The translations under genes were made by a program, and so were the position numbers. DNA of 64,000 nt, from contig CBDCNQ010000003.1 of NCBI GenBank assembly GCA_965219445.1, positions 224,001 through 288,000 on the forward strand. The letters run 5' to 3'. The stretch is from Longimicrobiales bacterium. Its GTDB lineage: Bacteria; Gemmatimonadota; Gemmatimonadetes; Longimicrobiales; Gaopeijiaceae. Positions 30,765 through 40,805 of this stretch are shown here, one piece after another; position 1 is the first letter of the stretch; every line of letters starts with the position of its first letter. The notes below the pieces were generated by a model that made no database searches, was not told the origin of the DNA, and worked only from the letters and a program-made list of their open reading frames with translations.

Positions 30765-31595
30765 ATGAAGTGCGGTAATCAAAAAAGGAATCTGAGAAGG
30801 AATCTGGGCTTGTGCGCCGTTGTGCTGAGCGCCTTCTATCTCCCCGTGTCGGCCTCGGGGCAGGGGGGCCCTCTAGAGGACGGACATCCGCACGGCCGCC
30901 ACTTTTCCCACCCCATATTCACCGAATCGGTGTCCCCCGATACGAAGGTGAGATTCGACTTCGGCCGCGAATGGGAAACCGACGGGACGGTCTCCGAACT
31001 GGAGGTAGAGGCCGAGTATGCGTTTCATCCCTCGTTCAGCGTCGAGATCGTCGGACCGTACGCCTTCGTCAGCCCCGATGTGGGGCCCGGTGAGAACGGA
31101 GGCGGGAACGTGGAACTGGCGCTCAAGTTCGCCAACTTCGCCTTCGCGCAGAGGGGGCTGCTATTGGGCTACGGCCTCGCACTCGGCATGCCGACCGGCG
31201 ATGAAACCAAGGGCATCGGCAGTGGGCATCTCTGGGAGATCGAGCCTTTCCTGAGCATGGGAATCGCCGCCGGTAACCTCGAGTTGGTAAATCTCACCCG
31301 CTTCGGCATCCCCACCAACCAGGACGTCGGCGAAGAGGTCGAGACCGAAATCCACTACGATTTCGCCGCTCTGTACCACTTTAACGCTCGTCTGCAGGGG
31401 CTTCTGGAACTGAACGGAGCGGTGGGCCTGAGCGGTGACGAAGCGGGTCAAGGGATCGTCAGCATCTCACCGGGGATCAAGTTTGCGCCCCTGGCCGTGA
31501 GAGCTCTATTCGTCGGCGTTGGCGGCAGCTTTCCTCTCGGAGATGAAGTACTGGACGCTCGGCTGAAGTTGTCATTTTTCTACCACCTCCCGTAG
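30765..31595 (+). CDS. outer-membrane beta-barrel/transporter-like protein with His-rich N-terminus
   Basis: Signal peptide, GHPHGRHFSHP, alternating strands, PTG....G.G motif, aromatic C-terminus; GGAGG RBS. Confidence 0.7.
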   Translation: MKCGNQKRNLRRNLGLCAVVLSAFYLPVSASGQGGPLEDGHPHGRHFSHPIFTESVSPDTKVRFDFGREWETDGTVSELEVEAEYAFHPSFSVEIVGPYAFVSPDVGPGENGGGNVELALKFANFAFAQRGLLLGYGLALGMPTGDETKGIGSGHLWEIEPFLSMGIAAGNLELVNLTRFGIPTNQDVGEEVETEIHYDFAALYHFNARLQGLLELNGAVGLSGDEAGQGIVSISPGIKFAPLAVRALFVGVGGSFPLGDEVLDARLKLSFFYHLP

Positions 31596-31619
31596 GCCGG
31601 GCGAGAAGCCCAAAAGCGA

Positions 31620-31649
31620 AGGGCCGCTCCGACAAATCGGAGCGGCCCT
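31620..31649 (-). terminator. terminator of the first csp gene, between convergent genes
   Basis: 13-bp stem AGGGCCGCTCCGA/TCGGAGCGGCCCT; T-rich tail on the minus strand. Confidence 0.85.
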
Positions 31650-31677
31650 GCCTGATGCTTTTGGCTATCTGGACTGG

Positions 31678-31884
31678 CTAAAGTCGAACAACGTTCTCCG
31701 CAGCCGGACCCTTCTGCCCTTCCACGATCTCGAACTCCACCGCGTCACCCTCGTTCAGGGTCTTGAACCCCTCTGCTTGGATGGCGGAGTGATGGACAAA
31801 GCAATCCTTGCTGTTGTCCTCCGGCGTAATGAATCCGAAGCCCTTCTGATCGTTGAACCACTTCACAGTCCCTTTCGTACGCAT
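31678..31884 (-). CDS. csp: cold-shock protein
   Basis: GTVKWFN.QKGFGFI, FVHHSAI, G.KGP.A.NV. Confidence 0.98.
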   Translation of the reverse strand: MRTKGTVKWFNDQKGFGFITPEDNSKDCFVHHSAIQAEGFKTLNEGDAVEFEIVEGQKGPAAENVVRL

Positions 31885-32146
31885 CTTCCAACTCCTTTGG
31901 TGGTCATTGTCGGAGTCCGGATGATCCGTACCGCCTGACCACATAGCACGCGTGGAACGTCCCCCGCGCTGGGTGCCACGACAAACGAGCCGTGGGAAGT
32001 TCCCCGGCATCCGCCGAGAAACATCGGAAGGGTTGCGACGGAAAACGCCCCGGTCAAGGGCCCGTCACCATGGAATCCATCCATACTCCACCGCGTCATC
32101 GGAAATCACAGGGAACAAAGCGGTTGTGAAGACTCTCACTATTGTC

Positions 32147-32166
32147 TTGACAGTTATTCCTGTCAA
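32147..32166. promoter_or_regulatory. palindromic operator TTGACAG-N6-CTGTCAA
   Basis: Perfect 7-bp inverted repeat in the AT-rich divergent region upstream of an HTH gene. Confidence 0.65.
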
Positions 32167-32208
32167 TTATGTTGGTGCAATCGTTCGCTTCGAAAATCGG
32201 GAGGCACA

Positions 32209-32820
32209 TTGACCACAGCCGTACATGTCATCGATAAGGGCGGAGCGGCGACGGCCGCTCTCCATCCCCTTCGGCTCGAGATACTCAGCGAGCTCGCTGA
32301 GCCTGAGTCGGCGGCCGGTCTCGCGCGGCGGATCGGGATGCCTCGGCAGCGAGTCAACTACCATATCCGCCAGCTTGAGGTTCAAGGGCTCGTCAAGCCT
32401 GTTGGAGAACGAAGGGTGAGAAACTGCATGGAACGACTCGTCCAGGCGGTGGGTCGTTTCTACGTAATCAGCCCCGCGGCACTCGGCGAGCTCGCGGCAG
32501 ACCCGGAGCAAATCGAAGACAAGGGCTCTGCCGGCTACCTGATGGCTGTCGCCTCGCAGATGATTCAGGACATCGCCGGCCTTCGGGACGGATCCGACCA
32601 TCCGGACGAGAACGCCCCGACACTGACACTTCAGGCCGATCTACACTTCAAGTCTCAGAAAGCCCAGAACGCATTCACCGCAGAGCTAACCGAAGAGATG
32701 GCACGGCTGGTGGCGAAATATCAGGTCACGAGGCAATCCAAAGGGCCGCTACTCCGGCTCCTGGCCAGTACCTATCCCGTTCGGATGAATGAGCGTACTC
32801 CGGTCAAAAGAGGGCAGTGA
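32209..32820 (+). CDS. ArsR-like winged-HTH regulator
   Basis: LHPLR.EIL..L.EP.SA..LARR.G.PRQ.VNYH; GGGAGG RBS, TTG start. Confidence 0.9.
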   Translation: MTTAVHVIDKGGAATAALHPLRLEILSELAEPESAAGLARRIGMPRQRVNYHIRQLEVQGLVKPVGERRVRNCMERLVQAVGRFYVISPAALGELAADPEQIEDKGSAGYLMAVASQMIQDIAGLRDGSDHPDENAPTLTLQADLHFKSQKAQNAFTAELTEEMARLVAKYQVTRQSKGPLLRLLASTYPVRMNERTPVKRGQ

Positions 32821-32830
32821 CCGTCCCTCC

Positions 32831-33286
32831 TCACGGCCGCCGCTTCCGAATCGCATGGATCATTTGATCCAGAGCTTGAAGGAACTGTGACCGGTCCCGC
32901 TTCTCGAAGGGCGCTGGTCCTCCAGCCACCTCCCCCATTTCGCGGAGTTGCGACATCAATTCTCGCGTGGCGAGCGCATTACCGATCGAATCCTCGGTAA
33001 AGGGACACCCTCTAGGTCCGAGGACGCCTGCGCCCTTCTCCAGGCACAGGGCCGCCAATGGAATATCGGCCGAGACCACGATGTCGTCCGCGGTGATGTG
33101 TTCTACGATCCATGCGTCAGCGGCGTCGAGCTCGGCGCCGACGACGACAAGCTCGAGCCACTCCTCGTCCGGAGTTCGCAGCCACTTGTTCGACACCAAC
33201 AAGACCCTGAGCCCATAACGCCGGGCAACGCGATAGACCTCTTCCTTGACCGGGCAGGCGTCCGCATCGACAAAGATGTCCGTCAT
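32831..33286 (-). CDS. YaiI/YqxD (UPF0178) protein
   Basis: IFVDADACPVK, DAAD, DIPLA, GGPAPF. Confidence 0.95.
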   Translation of the reverse strand: MTDIFVDADACPVKEEVYRVARRYGLRVLLVSNKWLRTPDEEWLELVVVGAELDAADAWIVEHITADDIVVSADIPLAALCLEKGAGVLGPRGCPFTEDSIGNALATRELMSQLREMGEVAGGPAPFEKRDRSQFLQALDQMIHAIRKRRP

Positions 33287-34263
33287 GGCGGGTCGGAGCG
33301 GAGGAGGCGGTCCCGCATCCCACGGATGTCCTCCGGGCCGACACGGCAGCAGCCGCCAATGACCGAGGCTCCCAGATCGAGCCAGTCCGCCACCAATGCC
33401 GGCCAGTCGTGCCGAGGGGCATCGCCCGCCCACGTTTTGTGCTTCGTGTCGTATCGACCCCCCGCGTTGGGATAGACGATGATCGGCTTCTCGGTCGCGC
33501 CTCGGACCACTGTAATCAACTCCGAGATATGCTCGGGCCGTGTGCAGTTGACTCCAACCGCAGCGACTCGGGGCACGGAATCGCAGATCCTTGCCGCCAC
33601 CTCAAGGGGGCTACCGTCGCTCAGGTGCACTCCGTCACGGCAGATGAAGCTCATCCAAGCCCATCGATCGGAGGTTCGCCGCAACAGTTCAAGGAGCAAC
33701 TCCGCTTCTCGCAGCGATGGAATGGTCTCACAGCCCAGGAGATCGGCCGCGCTCTCCGACAGGATCTGCCAACGCCCTTCGTGGAATTCCAAGAGCTCAT
33801 CGTCGGCCAGACCGTACTCACCCGTGTACTCCGACCCATCGGCCCGAAATGCGCCGTACGGTCCCACGCTCGCAGCTACCAACGGACGTAGCCGCTGGTC
33901 ACGATTTTCAGCATCGCTCCAAAACACGTCGCGCGCTTCTACAGCAAGGCTGACGGCTCCGCTCAGAACCTTCGCTGCACCGTCGTGGGTCAGCCCTCGA
34001 GCCACCAATCCGGGGATGGACGCCTGGTAGGTGTTAGAGGTGATGCAATCGGCTCCCGCCTGAAGAAAGTCGGTGTGCACGCGGCGAACGGCGTCGGGGT
34101 CCTCGAGAAGAACCTTGGCCGACCACAGGTCGTCAGCAAGGTCGTACCCAGACGCCTCCAAGCACGTGGCAAGCCCCCCATCGAGGACCGTCGCCCCTTG
34201 TTCATCGCGGAACGCTTCGAAAGGACCTCTCGCAAGCGGAATCGCACATCCGTCCATGCCCAT
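33283..34263 (-). CDS. mmuM: homocysteine S-methyltransferase (start uncertain)
   Basis: LDGG, LWSA, GPYGA..ADGSEY.G, ETIP, GVNC, YPN.G, GGCC. Confidence 0.95.
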   Translation of the reverse strand: MGMDGCAIPLARGPFEAFRDEQGATVLDGGLATCLEASGYDLADDLWSAKVLLEDPDAVRRVHTDFLQAGADCITSNTYQASIPGLVARGLTHDGAAKVLSGAVSLAVEARDVFWSDAENRDQRLRPLVAASVGPYGAFRADGSEYTGEYGLADDELLEFHEGRWQILSESAADLLGCETIPSLREAELLLELLRRTSDRWAWMSFICRDGVHLSDGSPLEVAARICDSVPRVAAVGVNCTRPEHISELITVVRGATEKPIIVYPNAGGRYDTKHKTWAGDAPRHDWPALVADWLDLGASVIGGCCRVGPEDIRGMRDRLLRSDPP

Positions 34264-34288
34264 GCATGCTTCAGGTTTCAAAGAGAAA

Positions 34289-34315
34289 GGGCCGCCCCCG
34301 TGACAGGGGCGGCCC
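34289..34315 (-). terminator. terminator of the second csp gene
   Basis: GGGCCGCCCC/GGGGCGGCCC stem, then TTTCTCTTT on the minus strand. Confidence 0.85.
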
Positions 34316-34345
34316 AGCTTTCAGTGACGGCTCTCCGGCCGGGAG

Positions 34346-34555
34346 CTACGAAAGCTTCACGACGTTCTCAGCTGCGGGACCCTTGGCACCCTCCACCACG
34401 TCGAACTCAACGCTCTCCCCCTCGGCGAGGGACTTGAAGCCCTCGGCCTGGATCGCGCTATGGTGGACGAACAAATCCTTGGTCCCGTCTTCAGGGGTGA
34501 TGAATCCAAAGCCCTTCTGATCGTTGAACCACTTCACGGTTCCTTTGCTACGCAT
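34346..34555 (-). CDS. csp: cold-shock protein (paralog)
   Basis: Same RNP1/RNP2 motifs as the first copy. Confidence 0.98.
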   Translation of the reverse strand: MRSKGTVKWFNDQKGFGFITPEDGTKDLFVHHSAIQAEGFKSLAEGESVEFDVVEGAKGPAAENVVKLS

Positions 34556-34836
34556 CTTCTACTCCATCGTTTTGTCGTGGTCGGAACTACGGACGATCCG
34601 TAGGTCGCGACCTCCTGGCACTCGCGGCCGAAAGTCATGCTGGGATCGTGGTTCTCACCACGAAAGAAGCGGGCAGTCGCGATTATTCTGAGAATAGGCG
34701 GTAAAGATTGTCCAAGCCAACTCCCCCGTCAAGTTTTCCGGCAAGGCGCAAGGCTGCCGGCAAAGCGGTATCTTGACACGGTCACGCGCCCGGCTAAGTA
34801 TCGCCGCATGCGCCGTACATTCCGGAAAAGGTGGCG

Positions 34837-35706
34837 ATGACCAAGGTCGCCATACAGGGCGAAGCCGGGGCGTTCAGCCACGAAGCGGCTCACAAGTTGC
34901 TGGGGCCCGACATCGAGCTGGTACCCTGCAGGACGTTCTCCGAGGCCTTCCACACAGTCTTGAGCGGTGATGCGGACCGAGCCGTCATGCCGGTTGAAAA
35001 CGCCCTGGCGGGACCGGTTGTGGAGAGCCTCGACCTTTTGTGGTCATCCGGTTTGACGGTTCGGGGAGAGACGCGTGTTCGCATCCGACTCTGCCTTTCC
35101 GTCCCACCCGCTATGGTGCTGGAGGACGTTCGGTCCGTCGCGTCCCACCCCGTCGCCCTGAAACAGTGCCGCAACTTGTTCGAGAAGAACCCGCAGATGG
35201 AACCCGTCGTGGTCTACGATACGGCTGGAAGCGTGAGGGACATGATGGAGGGCTCCGTCGAATACGATGCGGCGATCAGCTCGCGGCTCGCCACCGAGCT
35301 TTATGGGGCGCACTTGCTCCGGGCCGACGTCGAGGACGACCACCGTAACTACACGCGCTTTTTCGAACTGGCGGCCCGGGGTACGCTTCCCGAGTCCAGC
35401 GGGGTATGCGGCGCCGTGGCCGTGGGCATCCCCAATGAGCCCGGGGCACTGTACAACCTCCTCGGTGTCTTCAATCAGTACGGTGTAGACATGAGCCAAA
35501 TCGTTGCTCGTCCCATCCGTGGGGAACCGTGGAAGTATCGGTTTTACATGGAGATCGTGGCCCCCGCAGCGGAGACTCTACAAGAATGTCTCAAGGCGCT
35601 CGACGAAGCCTCCGACGAGATGCGCTTATTCGGGACCTACGCACCATACGAAGGCCCTGAAATGGACGAGGGACCGGACGTCAATTTGGAGGACGTGGGC
35701 AGCTAG
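34837..35706 (+). CDS. pheA: prephenate dehydratase with ACT domain
   Basis: QG..GAFS, PVEN, SHPVAL.QC, DTAGS, NYTRF, PG.L, RP. Confidence 0.93.
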   Translation: MTKVAIQGEAGAFSHEAAHKLLGPDIELVPCRTFSEAFHTVLSGDADRAVMPVENALAGPVVESLDLLWSSGLTVRGETRVRIRLCLSVPPAMVLEDVRSVASHPVALKQCRNLFEKNPQMEPVVVYDTAGSVRDMMEGSVEYDAAISSRLATELYGAHLLRADVEDDHRNYTRFFELAARGTLPESSGVCGAVAVGIPNEPGALYNLLGVFNQYGVDMSQIVARPIRGEPWKYRFYMEIVAPAAETLQECLKALDEASDEMRLFGTYAPYEGPEMDEGPDVNLEDVGS

Positions 35707-35845
35707 TGTCACTGTCGGGGAGGCACTCCGATCGCGACACCTGATGCTTACGGCCTGCCGGGGCCTTACCTTGGAACGCCGACGCGGCCGAACGAGTTTA
35801 AACGGGCATCGATTCCCACTGACGCTGGAATTGGAGAGATTCACC

Positions 35846-36386
35846 ATGCGACGAGTCTTGTTGATTCCCACTATAGTCACATTAGCCTCGGCAATGAGCG
35901 TCGCCTCAGGATCCTCGCAGAGCACGGCGCCGCAGGCCAGCCAGCACGGGATGGTGGCGCAGACGGTCAACCGGACGGTGATCACCCTGGAGTACGATCG
36001 TCCCGTGGCCCGGGGGCGTGAGCTCTTCGGGGCTCTGGTCGAGTGGGACGCGATCTGGACGCCAGGAGCGAACCGAGCGACCTGGATCGACTTTTCCGAG
36101 CCCGTTACGCTCGAGGATCGCGCTCTCGACGCCGGCCGATACGCGATCTGGATGGTGCCGAAGGAGAACCAGCCCCGCGGAGATTGTTGTCGTCCGTGAT
36201 TGGGACACGGATCACGGCATGTTCCCCTTCGGGGAAGAGGTCTTCCGGACGATGGTCAGGCCCGAGACCGGATCCCACATGGAGGTCCTGGCCTACTACT
36301 TTCCTGTGGTCGGGCCCTACCGCGCGACGCTCCGCTTCCATTGGGGCTCTACGGTCATCCCACTCAGGATCGAGGTCGGACGGTAG
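35846..36386 (+). pseudogene. DUF2911-like exported protein with a +1 frameshift near 36173-36176
   Basis: SQ...V.Q.V, Y.RP..RGR..FG, W.PGAN.AT; C-terminal half (EIVV...HWG) is in the next frame; 541 bp. Confidence 0.8.
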
Positions 36387-36518
36387 ATCGGGGCTGTCAG
36401 CCCGTCCGGAAGTGGGATCAAGGATACTCACGAGGTACCGGGCATCACGCAAAATGCTTGTCCTTCGTCCACAATCGCCGTAACATAAGCACCTGATCCT
36501 CAGCAGGGAGTGGTGCCC

Positions 36519-37238
36519 ATGTCCGAGAGGAAAACCGTCGCCGTCGGTCTCGCGGGACCAAACGTGGACTCTTCCCCCCCCCAACCCGCGGGGTCACAGG
36601 ACCCGACGTGCGGTCACTATTTCGGTGGCACGCCGTTCGGGTGGCAGGAGGGCCGGGGTAGTTGGTCCCGGAGGAACTTCATCAAGGGAATCATCGCCTC
36701 GGGGGTGGCAGTATCTGGGGTGCCATATCTGGCCTCCGCTGCTTCCAGGCCGGCCATTCAGGCGGGTGCGGTAGAGCGCTTGATCTCGTTGAACGTCAAC
36801 GGGCAGACCCGCCGCGTCGACGTGCTCCCCAATGAGACGCTCGCGATGACCCTACGCTACAAGCTGGGGCTAACGGGTACCAAGCTCGGCTGCGACCGCG
36901 CAGAGTGCGGGGCGTGCACGGTGTTGATCGACGACGTGACGCACTACTCGTGCTCCACGCTGACGCAGCGCGTTCGCGGGAAGGAGATCACGACGGTCGA
37001 GGGGTTGGAGAGTCCGACTGGAGAGCTACACCCGGTCCAACAGGCATTCATGGACGAGTTGGGTCCGCAGTGCGGCTTTTGCACGCCGGGCCAGGTGATG
37101 GCCGCCGTAGGTCTCCTGACGGCGAACCCGAACCCGACTCGGGCCGAAGCGCGTCAGGCGATGTCAGGTAATCTGTGCCGATGCGGATCCTACGACCATT
37201 ATCTGAACGGAATCATGCGTGCAGCGGGGGAGGTGTGA
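36519..37238 (+). CDS. 2x[2Fe-2S] subunit with Tat signal (PaoA/CoxS-like)
   Basis: SRRNFIK; GC..AECGACT, QCGFCTPG, NLCRC. Confidence 0.95.
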   Translation: MSERKTVAVGLAGPNVDSSPPQPAGSQDPTCGHYFGGTPFGWQEGRGSWSRRNFIKGIIASGVAVSGVPYLASAASRPAIQAGAVERLISLNVNGQTRRVDVLPNETLAMTLRYKLGLTGTKLGCDRAECGACTVLIDDVTHYSCSTLTQRVRGKEITTVEGLESPTGELHPVQQAFMDELGPQCGFCTPGQVMAAVGLLTANPNPTRAEARQAMSGNLCRCGSYDHYLNGIMRAAGEV

Positions 37239-37239
37239 C

Positions 37240-39666
37240 ATGGCACATCTGATTGGCCAAGACCATACGCCACCGGATGTTCGTGCCAAGGTGACGGGTC
37301 GAGCAAAGTACGCCGAGGATATTCGCGCGGACGGCATGTTGTTCTGCCGGCTGCTGACCAGCCCCATGCCGCATGCGCGCGTCTTGAACATCGACGCGTC
37401 CGAGGCGCTCGCGATGGAGGGCGTCGTTGCGATTCTAACTGCCGACGAGCTGCCCGACGTGGACGCGCCCGGCAATACGATCCTCACGAACGAGCCACTC
37501 TACGTGGGCGCGCCGATCCTCGCGGTGGCGGCAGTCGATGAGACCACCGCGCAGAACGCCATCGCCGCCATCAATCTGGATCTGGAGCCGCTTCCGTTCT
37601 GCGTGGATCCGCTCGAGAGCCTGCGTCCCGGTGGACCGAACGCCAGGGCTACGGGAAACGTGCCGAGCCGGCGCGTGACCGCAGTGGAGCTCGACGCGAG
37701 CGACGGCGTAGCGGAGGTCAAGTGGACGGCGGAGGACTTCGCGGCCGCCGGGGAGGGCCAGATGCCCACGGGCATGGCCACAACGGACTGGTCGTACGGC
37801 GACGTCGAAGCAGGCTTCGCAAACGCAGCGCTCGTGCTCGACGAATCCTTCGTGACCGCCGGCCACCCGCACCACTCCATGGAGCCCCGCACTGCCATGG
37901 CGTACTGGCAGAACGGGACGTGCTACGTATACGGCTCGAGCCAGAGCCAGGCCTACGTGGTGCCAGGGCTGGCGGCACTCCTCCAGATCGAGCCAGAGGA
38001 CCTCGTCTATGTCGCGGAGTTCTGTGGTGGTGGGTTCGGGTCGAAGGGGAGCGCCTACCCCGTGATGGCGATTCCAGCTTATATGGCAAGGAAGACCGGC
38101 CGGCCCGTGCTGATGCGCATCAGCCGGGCGGAGGAGAACTTCATCGGTGTATGCCGACCCGGGTTCCAGGGCCGGATCAAGATCGGGTTCCAGTCGGACG
38201 GACGCATCACGGCGGTCGATCTGTACATCGTCCAGAACAACGGACCCAACTCCGGTGGGGGTGACTATAATTCCGCCGGAAGTGCGATGTCACTCGTCTA
38301 CACGCCGCCCGCCATGCGCTTCCGAGGGATTCCGATCCTGACCAACACACCGCCCACGGGTGCCCAAAGGGGGCCGGGGCAGAACCAGCTCGCCACGGCC
38401 GTCGAGCCGATTCTAGACAAGGCTGCCCGACAGTTGGGCCTGGACCTCGTCGCCATTCGGCGGATCAACGCACCCGACAATAGTGCCGGGTACGGTGAAA
38501 GTCAGGGTCCTGTAACTAGCGCTTATCAACGTGAAGCGCTCGACATGGGCGCGGAGCAGTTCGGCTGGGAAGCCAGGCGCGTACGCAGTGGGCAGCGTAG
38601 GGGCTCAAAGGTCACCGGTGTTGGTGTCGGCCAGGCGTTCCACGGGGCCGGAAACAACGGATTCGACGGACTCTTACGCATTGCACCCGACGGAAAGCTG
38701 TACGTCCACACCGGCGTGGGGAATCTGGGTACATATTCGTATGCCAGCACGTCCCTGGTCGCGGCGGAGGTGCTCGATTACGAGTGGGAGAACGTCGAGA
38801 TCGTCCGCGGCGACTCCAGCCGCAATCTTCCCTGGACTCTGGGTCAGTTCGGGAGCAACACGTCCTTCACGGAGTCCCGCGCCAATTACGCCTCGGGCAT
38901 GGACGCCGTCCAGAAGCTCAAGGAGATCGCGGCGCGGGACCTTGGAGGCTCGCCCGGAGACTACGATATCGGTAGCGAAACAGTCTTCTCGCGGGCAAAT
39001 CCCTCTCGACGTCTTACCTACGCAGCCGCGGCCCAGAGGGCTATCGAACTCGGCGGACGCTTCAGCGGCGAGGAGGTGCCCGACGACATCAACGAGATGA
39101 CGGCGCGTGCGGTGGAGGGTCTCGCGGGTATGGGCTTGATCGGGGTGGCGCGGGATAATATGCCGAAAAACGGCACCGTTCCCGCCTTGGCAACCGGGTT
39201 CATCGAGATTGAGTTGGACGTTGAGACCGGCCAGTTCGAGATCATCGACTACCTGGGCGTCGCGGACTGCGGAAAGGTGCTCCATCCGCTAGGGCTGTCG
39301 GGGCAAATCAAGGGCGGCGCCGTGATGGGTTTCGGTATGGCATCCCTCGAGCGCCATATCTACGACACACACTACGGTCTGCCGGGGGCCGTCGGATTTC
39401 ACCAGGCCAAGCCCCCGACGTATCTGGACGTTCCTGCCGAGATGTCGTGGAGCGCCGTGGACATAGCCGACCCCCAGAACCCGGTGGGTGCGAAGGGAAT
39501 CGGTGAGCCAACCATGGGATGCGCCGCGGCCGCACTGTTGTGTGCGATCTCCGACGCTCTGGGAGGACACTACTTCAATCGATCGCCAATCGTGCCTGAC
39601 ATGATCGTAAATGCCGCTTCGGGGCGGCCCCAATCCCACAGTGCGCTAGCGGTTCACACGCCATGA
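37240..39666 (+). CDS. xanthine-dehydrogenase-family molybdopterin subunit
   Basis: KVTGRA.Y, MEP, GGGFGSK, RGPG, AKGIGEP. Confidence 0.96.
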   Translation: MAHLIGQDHTPPDVRAKVTGRAKYAEDIRADGMLFCRLLTSPMPHARVLNIDASEALAMEGVVAILTADELPDVDAPGNTILTNEPLYVGAPILAVAAVDETTAQNAIAAINLDLEPLPFCVDPLESLRPGGPNARATGNVPSRRVTAVELDASDGVAEVKWTAEDFAAAGEGQMPTGMATTDWSYGDVEAGFANAALVLDESFVTAGHPHHSMEPRTAMAYWQNGTCYVYGSSQSQAYVVPGLAALLQIEPEDLVYVAEFCGGGFGSKGSAYPVMAIPAYMARKTGRPVLMRISRAEENFIGVCRPGFQGRIKIGFQSDGRITAVDLYIVQNNGPNSGGGDYNSAGSAMSLVYTPPAMRFRGIPILTNTPPTGAQRGPGQNQLATAVEPILDKAARQLGLDLVAIRRINAPDNSAGYGESQGPVTSAYQREALDMGAEQFGWEARRVRSGQRRGSKVTGVGVGQAFHGAGNNGFDGLLRIAPDGKLYVHTGVGNLGTYSYASTSLVAAEVLDYEWENVEIVRGDSSRNLPWTLGQFGSNTSFTESRANYASGMDAVQKLKEIAARDLGGSPGDYDIGSETVFSRANPSRRLTYAAAAQRAIELGGRFSGEEVPDDINEMTARAVEGLAGMGLIGVARDNMPKNGTVPALATGFIEIELDVETGQFEIIDYLGVADCGKVLHPLGLSGQIKGGAVMGFGMASLERHIYDTHYGLPGAVGFHQAKPPTYLDVPAEMSWSAVDIADPQNPVGAKGIGEPTMGCAAAALLCAISDALGGHYFNRSPIVPDMIVNAASGRPQSHSALAVHTP

Positions 39667-39727
39667 GTAACAGACCCATGAGTGAGAGCCCACTGACAGG
39701 CACCCGCATGTTGAAGGAGATCCGCGC

Positions 39728-40717
39728 ATGCTGAACGACATGATGCCGCACTTCGAGCTGTTCCAACCCGTCGATGTAGACAATGCATTCGAACTCCTGG
39801 ATCGGTTCGGGGAGGATTGCTGGACCATTGCCGGAGGACACGACAGTCTGGGCTGGTTCAAGGATCGGGGGAAACAGCCTTCGGCCGTAATCGACCTCGC
39901 GGGGATCGCCGAGCTTCATGGCATCCGAGAGTCGGCTGGGGGCCTCGAGCTGGGGGCAATGACTACCCTCACCGAAGTCGAGCGCCACCCTGTCATCCAA
40001 GAGAGATTCGGTTTGCTCGCGGAGGCGGCCCGCATGGTTGCGAGCCCCCAGATCCGTAACTCGGGCACCTTGGGTGGCAACGTCGTACAGGACACACGAT
40101 GCTGGTACTACCGCTTCGGGCTCGCATGCTATCGAGCCGGCGGTAACACGTGCTACGCCAGCGCGCCGGAGGCCATGAATCGGGAGCACGCCATCTTCGG
40201 AGCCAACCGGTGCGTGGCCGTTACTCCGTCCGATCCCGCACCCGCCTTGGTGGCGCTCGAAGCGGAGATGGTGATTCGCAACTCCCGCGGTGAGCGGGTG
40301 GTGTCTGCGGAGGACTTCTTCATGACACCCGCCGTCGACATCCAACGCATGACGGTCCTCGAGCCCGAGGATCTGCTGACGACCATCCGCATTCCCAACA
40401 CCTGGGCTGGAGCCAACTTCTACTTCGAGAAGGTGGCGGACCGGGGTGCCTGGGACTTCCCGCTCGTGAACGTAGCCGCTGCGCTCCGGCTCGAGGGAGG
40501 CCGAATCGCCGACGCCCGCATCGTCGTGGGTGCCGTCGAGTGCATCCCTCGGCGCCTTACGGACGTCGAGGACCTCGTGAGGGGCCGTGTCAAGAACGAA
40601 GAGACCGCCGTCCTGGCGGGTGCGCTCGCGGTAGAGGGTGCGGAGCCCTTGCGGTACAATCACTTCAAGGTGCCGCTCATGGAGAACCTCGTGAAGAGGG
40701 CCGTGCGCGACGCCTGA
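39728..40717 (+). CDS. FAD-binding subunit with Cys insert (PaoB-like)
   Basis: AGG.D, ASPQIRN.GT.GGN, RCWYYR...CY...C...C. Confidence 0.95.
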   Translation: MLNDMMPHFELFQPVDVDNAFELLDRFGEDCWTIAGGHDSLGWFKDRGKQPSAVIDLAGIAELHGIRESAGGLELGAMTTLTEVERHPVIQERFGLLAEAARMVASPQIRNSGTLGGNVVQDTRCWYYRFGLACYRAGGNTCYASAPEAMNREHAIFGANRCVAVTPSDPAPALVALEAEMVIRNSRGERVVSAEDFFMTPAVDIQRMTVLEPEDLLTTIRIPNTWAGANFYFEKVADRGAWDFPLVNVAAALRLEGGRIADARIVVGAVECIPRRLTDVEDLVRGRVKNEETAVLAGALAVEGAEPLRYNHFKVPLMENLVKRAVRDA

Positions 40718-40733
40718 GGCGCCCCTGGATACT

Positions 40734-40780
40734 GCTGGAGGCCCCGGCGTAGCTACGGCTAGCTCGCCGGGGGCTCCAGC
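40734..40780. terminator. long hairpin between convergent genes
   Basis: GCTGGAGGCCCCGGCG...CGCCGGGGGCTCCAGC; no T tract. Confidence 0.6.
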
Positions 40781-40805
40781 TAGCTAGGCTGGGAAACCCA
40801 GCTAA

